Positions 50,894-61,003 of a stretch of DNA of 64,000 bases are shown in pieces (position 1 is the first letter of the stretch; the number at the start of each line of letters is the position of its first letter). Made by a program: the position numbers and the translations under genes. The notes beneath the pieces were generated by a model, which had not been told where the DNA came from, did not search any database, and saw only the letters and a program-made list of their open reading frames with translations. The DNA comes from Squalus acanthias (Eukaryota): assembly GCA_030390025.1 (NCBI GenBank), contig CM059433.1:6324001-6388000 (forward strand), in the 5' to 3' direction.

Positions 50894-51401
50894 TACAATA
50901 GCAAAATACTGCGGATGCTGGAAAACTGAAACAACAGAAAATGCTGGAAAAACTCAGCAGGGCCAGGCAACATCCATGGAGAGAGAAACAGAGTTAACGT
51001 TTCAGGTCGAAGACCCTTCGTCAGAACTGAGAAAAAAGCAGGAAATGAAACAGATAAAAAAGCAAGGGGGAGGCTGGGGGGAGGAATAAAAGAACAAAAG
51101 GGGGGGGTCTATGGTAAGTAGAGACATTAAGAGATGCTCAAGGCAAGACGAGATGGTAATGGGACAGGTTAAGAAACAAAAGGTGGCTCAGAAGTGTGAG
51201 TGAAATGCTGGCAGAATGAGAGACAGCTGCTGTGGGGGAGAGAGAGAGAAAAAAAGGAAAAGGCACAAACCAAAAGGGTGGATAATGTATATATATATAT
51301 ATGGGTAGGGGCCGAGGTTATGATCTGAAATTGTTGAATTCGATATTGAGTCCGGAAGGCTGTAAAGTGCCTAATCGGAAGATGAGGTGCTGTTCCTCGA
51401 G
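50894..51401 (-). mobile_element. Penelope-like element 3' fragment
   Basis: Minus strand LEEQHLIFRLGTLQPSGLNIEFNNFRS* (GIY-YIG C-terminus), UTR, hammerhead, terminal TTCCAGCATCCGCAGTATTTTGC. Confidence 0.85.
50992..51028 (-). ncRNA. Minimal type-I hammerhead ribozyme motif (PLE-associated), intact core
   Basis: Minus strand reads AGUU-CUGACGA-A-GGGUC-UUC-GACCU-GAAA-CGU-U-AACU. The stem II change relative to the 2322 copy keeps pairing (A-U to G.U). Confidence 0.75.
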
Positions 51402-52049
51402 ACACTGTTTGAACCAGCGGTTCATCATGCCACTGAACGGCTTAACCAGCTTTGGCTGTGCTAATAATTTAAGCAGAGACAGCCAGCAAGTTCCCTCAAC
51501 CTCATCAACTGGATCTAATGCCTGGTTTGGACCCCTAGAAGCACAGGCCTTCTACCAGTGCTTCACACCGTGCACTTCTGCCACAGACCCGCGACACTCA
51601 GCAAGCTTTGTACGGATTACTCACTTCATCCGTGGATTACTGTGTGTCATCTTGTGCAACCAACAGTTATAAGAGTGTATGTTAAACATGCTAATGATAT
51701 TTTAACATTCAGTTTTAAAGTACAGCAGCTTCATTCTCCTTCCAGAACCTATCTTCCTTTAGAATTAATAACAAGAGATAAAACTCATTTAATAAGTACA
51801 ATTACATGACCACTATTTAGGGTAAATTACCTTAAAGCGCTAAAGTCAGGATATTGCTTTTCTAAACGTCAGGGAAACGTTGAGTTTATTGTACACGATA
51901 CTTTAAAAAAACATGTGTGTGACTTCATTAGGTCATTGCCGATTGCTGCGAAGTAGATTTTTCGCGTTATATCCAATAAAGATGTACATTTAGACGTTGA
52001 CATTCCAAAATGCAAGACGGCGCAAATAAGCAAGTAACACTACACGGAT

Positions 52050-53950
52050 AATACAGCTGTCAGCGAGCGAGAAGAATTTAATTTAAAGAGGAATTCAGAA
52101 CACCCGCTGGTCCAACCCAAATACCCACAGGTCGGAAACAGTTAGGAGCTCAGGTTTCGAGTAATAACATTCATGACCGCCGAGTCAGTGCTTTAAAAAA
52201 AAAATTATGCCTCGTGGAGTCGATCGACGTTTTCGATAACGGTGAATCCTAAATATTCACTTCCTCCCCTAGGGGGGGGGGAAAAAAGCCAAGTTTGCAG
52301 CAAAAAAAAATAACCTTGTCGACGCTTTTTTTGTGTGTTGCGATTAATTTACAGTGGAAAATGACCCGAGAGCGGGGAGGGGGCTCCTGGGGGAGGGAAG
52401 CGTGTTTGGAAGAGGAGAAGCCCATTCTGCACTTTCTCCTCACCGCCGGCAGCCCCCGTCTGTCTCTGTCTGTCTGTCTCTGTGTGTGGTGTCTGTGTCG
52501 GTGTGTGTCTCTGTGTGTGGTGTGTCTGTCTGTCTCGGTGTGTGTCTCTGTCTGTCTGTGTGTGGTGTGTGTGTCTCTGTCTCTGTGTGTGTGGTGTGTG
52601 TGTCTCTGTCTGTCTGTGTGTGGTGTGTGTGTCTCTGTCTGTCTGTGTGTGGTGTGTGTGTCTCTGTCTGTGTGTGTGTGGTGTCTGTGTCGGTGTGTGT
52701 CTCTGTGTGTGGTGTGTGTGTCTCTGTCTGTCTGTGTGTGGTGTCTGTGTCGGTGTGTGTCTGTGTGTGTGGTGTGTGTGTCTCTGTCTGTCTGTGTGTG
52801 GTGTGTGTGTCTCTGTCTCTGTGTGTGTGGTGTGTGTGTCTCTGTCTGTCTGTGTGTGGTGTGTGGACACATTACGGGTTACAGTAACAGCTCAGATAGT
52901 TAGTGTTGCTCGCTCTGGAGCCGCGCTCCTCACTCACCGTCTACCCCACAGGGCTCTTTGGAGTCGTTTTCCTTCGTCACTTTTACTTTGTAGATCCCCG
53001 TTGGTCCGAGTTTGGTTTTTTTTTCCCCCCTCAAATAATCTTATTTAAAAAGTATTTACTTTAAAAAAAAAAGAACGATATAGGAAACAACTTTAAACCA
53101 ACCAAAAACCGTTAAAAATATAAAACCAAAGTGATTTTAGTCTAATGGTGGAAGAAAATAAAAGCTGTCCGGGATTGGGATGCCAGTGGAGAGCAGTTGT
53201 TTGCAGGAAGCGCGCTCCGCTCGGCTCCGCCAGCTGTTTCCATGTCAGGCAGCGATTAAGCGGAGCGGCCGCGCCAGCACCAAGTAACCTTTCCCAAGGG
53301 CCGTCCCACCCACAGCAAGAGGAGGGGGGGGAGGAGGAGGGCCGGCCTTCACACACTGCAATTCATCATGGTGCCATCCTCCCACAACACATACTCTGCT
53401 GCAGTTCCGCAAAATCTCTCGGTTGTGGGTTTTTTTTTTGTTTAATGCACATATATTCTCATGCGTCAAAATAAAAGCACTTGAGCGCAATCCTCCTCCT
53501 TCCCTCCCTCTTTTCACTTGGCAGATTCCAGCGAGTGAGCAGGAAGTGAAGTGAAGCCAAAGCCCGGCCTGACTCGCTCCTCTAAACCTGCACAAGTTTC
53601 ACCATTGATTCACAGCCGCACTGGTTTGAATTGGCCGCTCGCTGGCTGTCTTTCTTATCAGATAATCTATTTATCCAGGTCGGGCGGGAGGGAGGGAAGG
53701 GTAAATATTTGCACCGAATCCACACGTTACAAGACGCAATTTTTGTTTTGTTTTTTAATTTTTTTTAAACTTTCTTGCTGCCGCTCTGTTTTGCTGTATT
53801 ATTACAGGAGCGGCTCCTTAACGGTATTACACCAGAAGTTTTCACTTATCCTATTTTTGGACAAGGTAATTGGATTGCAAATGCTTACAGTACAACCTAC
53901 AGAGGACGTACTTGCCATGGGCTGTGCATTGGTGCGTTTCGACTGTGTAG
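52050..53950 (-). promoter_or_regulatory. HPCAL1: CpG-rich putative HPCAL1 promoter and non-coding first exon (donor at 52938/52937)
   Basis: Local CpG enrichment and no interspersed repeats. Minus-strand donor ACG|GTGAGT at 52940-52932. GC box GGGCGGGAGG near 53682, CCAAT (ATTGG) near 53630, GGAAGTGAAGTG near 53543. Assignment to HPCAL1 and the TSS position are inferred. Confidence 0.55.
52458..52865. repeat. Compound (TG/TC) microsatellite with higher-order ~27-31-bp units
   Basis: Recurring GGTGTGTGTGTCTCTGTCTGTCTGTGTGT and GGTGTCTGTGTCGGTGTGTGTCTCTGTGTGT units. Confidence 0.95.
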
Positions 53951-54207
53951 CAAGTGACTTCGGAGCGCAGCGATCAAGTTATGTTCTTGATACAAAAGTA
54001 AATTTGATATTTTTCGCTATTTAATATCTAAAGTAAGCTGACATTTCTCACAACAACTGCAGATCGTGAGATTTGGCAGTGTATTTCCAAATGTAGTCGT
54101 CAGGCAGCAGCGCAGTTTTACACACCAGAAATCTCTCCTAATACAAATAATTTTTGGAGTATTTATTTACAGTAAACCGAAACCATCATTTATTTTTCTC
54201 CTTTTTT

Positions 54208-54305
54208 CAGAGTGGGACTAATTGGAGAGCTCTTTCAAAGAGCTGGCACAGGCACGATGGGCCGAATGGCCTCCTCGATGCTGTAAAATTCTAGGATTCT
54301 ATTCT
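54208..54305 (+). mobile_element. CR1 3' tail fragment
   Basis: GGCACGATGGGCCGAATGGCCTCCT..CTGTAAAATTCTA, as at 20640-20686. Confidence 0.75.
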
Positions 54306-55812
54306 ATTCATAACTATATAGGCAAGAGTTTAAACATAACTGAGGCCTGATATTGCGACGCTCTATGCGGGTAGCGTGGAGCCGTGCGGGTTGTGAAATC
54401 AGGCATGCAGCAGTCTCCTGTGCACTGTGCTAGATTTTTGCTGCAAAGAAAATGTCCAGTTTTGAGGAGTTGCTCTGAAGTATGAGCCGCGTTATCCTCG
54501 CTGAATTAAGGTAAACAGGTCCCATACTGGTTTTCACATTTTCTTGCTGGCTCCTCACCCATAGTGCTGCTTGATTATATAAATGAGTGCATGAGTCTCT
54601 GTAATGCTTGCTCTGTAGAAGTAGATTTCTTAAAACATACAAACAATGACGGACATGTAAAGACCCTGCGGTCCATCGAGCCTGCCCCACACAATTGTGT
54701 TACCTTGTGTATCACAATATATACCCTCCACCCCACCCAAAACCATGTGATCTTCTGGGAGAGGCCAATTTGGGGGGAGAAAATCTGGGAAATTCCTCTC
54801 CGACCCATCTGGGCGATCGAAACTAGTCCAGGAGATCACTCTGGCCTTGAATTCCCAGCAGTCCCTACCCTTCTGTAAGAGGCGATTTCCGCCCCAGCCA
54901 GAGATAAGTCCAGTTGAGCTTTGAGTGTTGGTTGCAAAATACAGTTCCCCCCCCTCTGCAAAAAGCTTAGCTTATTGTGCATTTTCCTCTTTGCATTGAA
55001 TCCTATTGTTGTGGAGAGCACATTTTGTTTTTCATTGCAAGCCTTTTCAGTTACCATTGCAATTTAGATTTTCAGCAAAGTGCTCATGAAAGGAATTTTA
55101 TTGGGGATCTCCATTGCGCTGCACAATTTAGGTGAAGAAGACGACTTCATGAGGGGGCAGGTGCAAGTTCAATTGCACCTGAGGCATTATGTATGCTCCA
55201 CCCTTTTACCCCAAGACCTGTGTTTACAGACCCGGTGTTAATTCTGTCAAAAAGAAGCTGGATAAATATCCATTTCAGAATGGGATTGAAGGTCTTTTGG
55301 GTTAAATATAGGCAAAGATAATCAAATATAGATGGAACGAGGTGGTAGCTGTGCTGACCCACAAAGGGAGTGTTATCTTTGGAAAGCAACCCCTCTCACC
55401 ATCTACTGAAGATTTAGACTCTTTGCCAGGCTACACTTCCACAAGTACCTCACTGAAGATGCCATTATTCATTGAGTGTCAACAAGCATCTCGATCCCAG
55501 GGGCTATCGTAGCTGTTCCTGTCCTCACACCGTGTCCATAAACACACAACTCTAGCAGGGATCACTGGATAGCAATCAGGAGCACAAACCCTAGCTGATC
55601 ATTTCCCTCCCTATCACGGGGTACTGAGGCCAACTATAGTACCCCTATCGCCACCCCAACTGAGATTAGCTAACTCCTTCTGGATCAAACCTGGAAACTC
55701 CCTGGTTTGTATGGTTCAGTTGTTCACTGGGTAAACGTGCTGAGCCACCAGGGAAGCCAATTAAATTACTTTCTGTGGGCTAGATTTTTTGCCTGTTGGT
55801 TAGGAGTCCAGG

Positions 55813-56223
55813 CTGTCCTTTCAACAGCTCTAATATACTTTCTGTACTGTGGCGACCAGAACTGTACACAGTATTCTAAGTGCAGTCACACCAATAATTT
55901 ATAAAGTGGCAGGGTTACCTCATTAGTTCGGCTCAATATTGACATTTTAATACATCCCAACATCTGACTTGCTTTACTCACTACCACTGCGCATTGCTGC
56001 GATAGCTTCAAGTTATTGTACATCAGGACTTCCAGATCGCCTTAATTTTCCATGCACATCAGGTGAGGACAAGAGTGGCCTTGGTTGTGATGGACCACCT
56101 GAAGTAATGAAATAATACACTATCCAGGCTCCCACGCAGAGAACGGCCACTTGAGTGAGGTACGGGAAGGCTGCCAGCACTCGTAGAACCGGACCTCTCC
56201 ATGAGTCATTGTTTACAGGAGTG
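55813..56223. repeat. 411-bp inverted duplicate of 58173-58583
   Basis: Direct comparison gives about 10 substitutions and no indels. Confidence 0.95.
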
Positions 56224-56514
56224 CCTTGCATCTTTCAGGCAGTCCCTGCACTTGTGCAGGAAGGAGCCGTCAGCAAAGCCCATTTGAATATCTTTCTGGT
56301 ACTCCAGGCACATTACTCACAACCTGCCGAGGCATCAAGGGATGGGGGCTGGAACTGTGGGTGCCATGAGTCAGTCAAAGGCTGCTGACTGCTCGTAACG
56401 CATTAACAGAGCTTTCCGGTGCGGGGACACGGGTATTGTGGCTATCCCATGTAATACAGGAAGGACTCTACTAGAATTACAGTATATACAAAACAGTAAT
56501 TTACTACTAATAAT

Positions 56515-57926
56515 AAGAACATAAGAACATAAGAAATAGGAGCAGGAGTAGGCCAATCGGCCCCTCGAGCCTGCTCCGCCATTCAATAAGATCATGGCTG
56601 ATCTGATCCTAACCGCCAATCTACTATCTATCACAGAACCATCTCCTGCATCTAACAGAATTGCACACACGAAATAGGAGCAGAATCAGGCTACACAGTC
56701 CCTGGGCCCGCTCCACTACCCACAGGGCCATGACCGATCCGAACCTAGACTCATGTCCAAATTCCTGCCCGCTCCCCGTAACCCTTAATGCCCTTTACTT
56801 CTAGGAAACTGTCTATTTCTGTTTTAAATTTAATTAATGTTGTAGCTTCTACAGCTTTTTGTGGCAGCATATTCCATGGACCTACCACCCTCTGAGTGAA
56901 GTAGTTCCTCCTCATCTCAGTTTTGAAAGAGCAGCCCCTTATTCTAAGACTATGTCCCCTAGTTCTCGTCTCACCCGTCATCGGGAACATCCTCCCCGCA
57001 TCCACCCGATCCAACCCCTTCACAATCTTATATGTTTCAATAAGATCGCCTCTCATTCTTCTGAACTCCAATGAGTAGAGTCCCAATCTACCCAACCTCT
57101 CCTCATATGACCACCCCCTCATCCCCGGGATTAACCGAGTGAACCTTTTTTGCACTGCCTCGAGAGCAAGGATGTCTTTCCTTAAGTAAGGACACCAAAA
57201 CTGTATGCAGTATTCCAGGTGCGGTCTCACCAATACCTTGTACAACTGAAGCAATACCTCCCTATTTTTATATTCTATCCCCCTAGCAATGAAAGCCAAC
57301 ATTCCATTTGCCTTCTTAATCACTTGCTGCACCTGCATACTAACCTTTTGAGTTTCGTGCACCAGGACCCCCAGATCCCTTTGCACTTCAGTACTCTCCA
57401 GTTTCTTGCCATTAAGATAATAAATTGCTCTAGGATTTTTCCTGCTAAAGTGCATCACCTCACACTTTCCAGTGTTGTATTCCATCTGCCAAATCTCTGC
57501 CCACTTACTTAGCCTGTCTATGTCCCCTTGCAGGTTTTTTATGTCCTCCTCACTCACTACTTTCCCTCCCATCTTTGTATCATCTGCAAATTTTGATATG
57601 TTACACTTGGTCCCTTCCTCCAAATCGTTAATATAGATTGTGAAGAGTTGGGGACCCAGCACTGACCCCTGTGGAACACCACTAGTTACTGATTGCCAGT
57701 CTGAGAATGAACCATTTATCCCAACTCTTTGCTTTCTGTTAGATAGCCAATCCTCTATCCATGCCAGAATATTACCCCCAATCCCGTGATTTTTTACCTT
57801 AAGCAATAATCTTTTGTGTGGCACCTTGTCAAATGCCTTTTGGAAGTCTAAATACACTACGTCCACTGGTTCCCCTTTATCCACTCTATATGTTACTTCC
57901 TCAAAGAACTCCAGCAAATTTGTCAA
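56515..57926 (-). mobile_element. Young CR1, 5'-truncated, with an uninterrupted 391-codon RT frame and two successive tail modules
   Basis: ORF 56751-57926 has all the RT motifs present in this region. Diverged tail at 56670-56750, canonical tail at 56515-56612. Confidence 0.95.
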
Positions 57927-58339
57927 TCATTTTCATATGATCAAAAATATGGTTGAAATTGACAGCAGAACAAGAATTTTCTTTTAATTGTCATCAATAG
58001 GTTAAATAACTTGAGAAAAAGATATGCATGCTTCTCCTGCCCCCACCTGCTCTACCACCACACCATATATTAAGAGTTTGATACTTTTGAGTAGGTACAG
58101 CGAGAGCCTGAGTAGACACATCACTTAAACAACTGCAATATCCATTTATTTTTTTATTCCTCCAATTTTCTCCACTCCTGTAAACAATGACTCATGGAGA
58201 GGTCCGGTTCTACGAGTGCTGGCAGCCTTCTCGTACCTCACTCAAGTGGCCGTTCTCTGCGTGGGGGCCTGGAGAGTGTGTTATTTCATTACTTCAGGTG
58301 GTCCATCACAGCCAAGGCCACTCTCATCCTCACTTGATG

Positions 58340-60125
58340 TGCATAGAAAATTAAGGCGATCTGGAAGTCCTGATGTACAATAACTTGAAGCTATCGCAGC
58401 AATGCGCAGTGGTAGTGAGTAAAGCAAGTCAGATGTTGGGATGTATTAAAATGTCAATATTGAGCCGAACTAATGAGGTAACCCTGCCACTTTATAAATT
58501 ATTGGTGTGACTGCACTTAGAATACTGTGTACAGTTCTGGTCGCCACAGTACAGAAAGTATATTAGAGCTATTGAAAGGACAGAAGTGAGCAACCACAAT
58601 GACTGTGAGGATCGATTATGTAAATTGGGCATTTTTTCACGAGAAAACAGAAGCTGATATGAGTGCTGTTTCTAGGATTCTAAAGGGACTAGATAATGTA
58701 GACCAAGACAAGCTGCTCCACCTGGCCCAGAACAGTTAAACCAGAAGACACGGCTTGCATTTTTCCCTCCCTAAACCTCTCCGCACTCTCTACCTCTCTT
58801 TCCTCCTTTATGACGCTGCTTAAAACCTACCTCTTTGGCCAAGCTTTTGGTCATCTGCCCTAATTTCTTCTTCTGTGGCTCGGTGTCAAATTTCGTTTTA
58901 TAACACACCTGTGAAGCGCCTTGGGACGTTTTACTACGTTAAAGGCGCTATATAAATACAAGTTGTTGTTGTGGGGGGGTTAAGTTCAAAACAAATCTGC
59001 GGAAACATTGAGGGGAACTTTACCCCCAAAAACGGGTGAGAAGTGAAAATTAAAAAAATCTCGTACTCGAACCTGCCCACTTCCGGTTTTAACGGAGGCG
59101 GAATGTGGGGGGGGGGGGGCAACAACCCGCTCCCAGAGGCGGGATGCTCATTTCAATATTTTAATGAGGCTGCGTGCCTCATATCTTATCTCTCTTCCAG
59201 GTTTAACCCTGGCTGGCCGGGTTTCCCGGGCCTCAGGAAACCTGGCAGCTAAAGGGAGGCGAGGACTGCTGCGTGGAAAAGGTAAGTGCCCGTACAGCAC
59301 TGCTTACAGGCCAGGAGGAGCAGGAGTGCTTCCCCCGGCCCCCCAGGATAACCTACTTCCCTCCCCGCCATCTGACCCCTTAGACCCCACCCATCTCTGC
59401 CTCCGACCTCTGCCCGACACCCCACCCCCGCGATCAACCCCCAACCCTGCCAAACCATGCTGCACCCACACCCTCCCTCCCCCCCCCCCCACCCCGCCAT
59501 CTTTATTCCAGCAGCAGGAAACCCACCCCCTCCTGCAGTGCGGCCGCTTCTGCAGCTTTCCCTGTCCGACAGGGAGCCAAATCTGTCAATCAGGCTGACT
59601 TCCGGGTGGGATCCTGCTGAAAAAAAAATACCCACGCTGTGGAGACAGCGTTCAAGAAATCCCGGACTTCCATGTTTCCCAACCAGCACTCCTCCCCCGC
59701 CTCCCCAGCTTAGAAATCCCACCCCGTAAAGATGTGAGCCATTATTTCGGTGAGCAAATGCTAAAACTATGAAACAGGCTCCATAGGGAGATGTTGGGAG
59801 CAGCTAGTACTGATTCATTCAAATGCTAACTAGATAGATTTCTGTAAGAATATTTTGAGAGACAATATATGAGTAATTTGAGATGTGACATATGGTAAGT
59901 GCTTGAAGGAACAGGTGATTTTGGAGCTATGGTTTCCAAAAGTTTCTACCACTGGGGGTTTCCTTGCCTCAGGTCTGGGTCTATTGCAGACTAAATGAAA
60001 GAATTGATTGCTATGGTTAGTCAACAACTCCATTATCATTGTATCATGCGACTACCAGGATGCTGGAAGGTGAACTAGATAGACCATGATCTTTTTACCT
60101 CTAACAATTCCCATGTTCCTATGTT
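58340..60125 (+). mobile_element. Old CR1 fragment split by an L2 tail (58765-58972) and a MITE-like insert (about 59010-59725)
   Basis: Decayed LEYCVQFWSP region at 58515-58560, continuing at 58590-58760 and 59730-60125. Confidence 0.6.
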
Positions 60126-60212
60126 TAAACCGTTATCGTGGGCATTAGAAATTTCAGTTACTAGGGAAAAAATTGATCAAAAATTTTCAGAAAGCACTTT
60201 CAACGCTTTGAA

Positions 60213-60562
60213 AAGAAAAAAGAACCTGCATTTTATAATGCCTTTCACATCCTCAGTGCATCCCACAGCACTTTATAGCCAATGAATTGCTTGCAGCCCT
60301 TTGTGCACGGTTAAGTATGATAAACAACAATGAGATCAGTGACAATTTAAGCTGGCTTTGGAGATGTTGATTGAGGGATAAGCGTTGGTCAGGATATCCG
60401 GAGACCTCCATGCTACTGTTCAAATAGTGCCATGGATCTGTTATGTTCATCCTGAACTGGGAGACGGGGCCTCGGTTTAACATCTCATCCAAAAGATAGC
60501 GTCTCCAACAATGTAGCCCTCCTTCAGTGGTGCAGTGAAGTGTCAGTCTAGATTATGTGCTT
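60213..60562 (-). mobile_element. Degenerate DeuSINE
   Basis: AAATAGTGCCATGG..GACGGGGCCTCGGTTTAACATCTCATCC core. Confidence 0.75.
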
Positions 60563-60597
60563 ATGTGAAGCACAGATATTGGTAGAAGAGGGCACTG

Positions 60598-61003
60598 AGA
60601 TGAATGCGAGGGGATCTTATTGAAACATATAAGATTCTGAGGGGGCTTGACAGGGTAGATGCAGGGAGGATGTTTCCCCTCGTGGGGGAATCTAGAACTA
60701 GGGGGCATAATTTCAGAAAAGGGGGCACTCTTTTAAAATGGAAATGAGGAGGAATTTCTTCCCTCAGAAGGTCGTGAATCTTTGGAATTCTCTTCCCCAG
60801 AGAGCTGTGGAGGCTGAGTCATTGAATATATTTAAGGTGAAGATAGACAGATTTTTGAATGGTAAGGGAGTCAAGGGTTATGGGGAGGGGGCAGGGAAGT
60901 GGAGTTGAGGCCAAGATCAGATCAGCCATGATCTTATTGAATGGCGGAGCAGGCTCGAGGGGCCAAATGACCTACTCCTGTTCCTACGTCTTATGTTCTT
61001 ATG
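60598..61003 (+). mobile_element. CR1 3' fragment
   Basis: RGDLIETYKIL region and tail. Confidence 0.88.

Noticed and set aside
52249..53048. Long Cys/Val- and His/Thr-rich ORFs
   Set aside because: Artefacts of a stop-free TG/TC microsatellite.
56751..57926. 391-aa RT ORF as a domesticated or autonomous gene
   Set aside because: 5'-truncated within RT, no true ATG start, no APE, ORF1 or promoter. Best explained as a young CR1 insertion.
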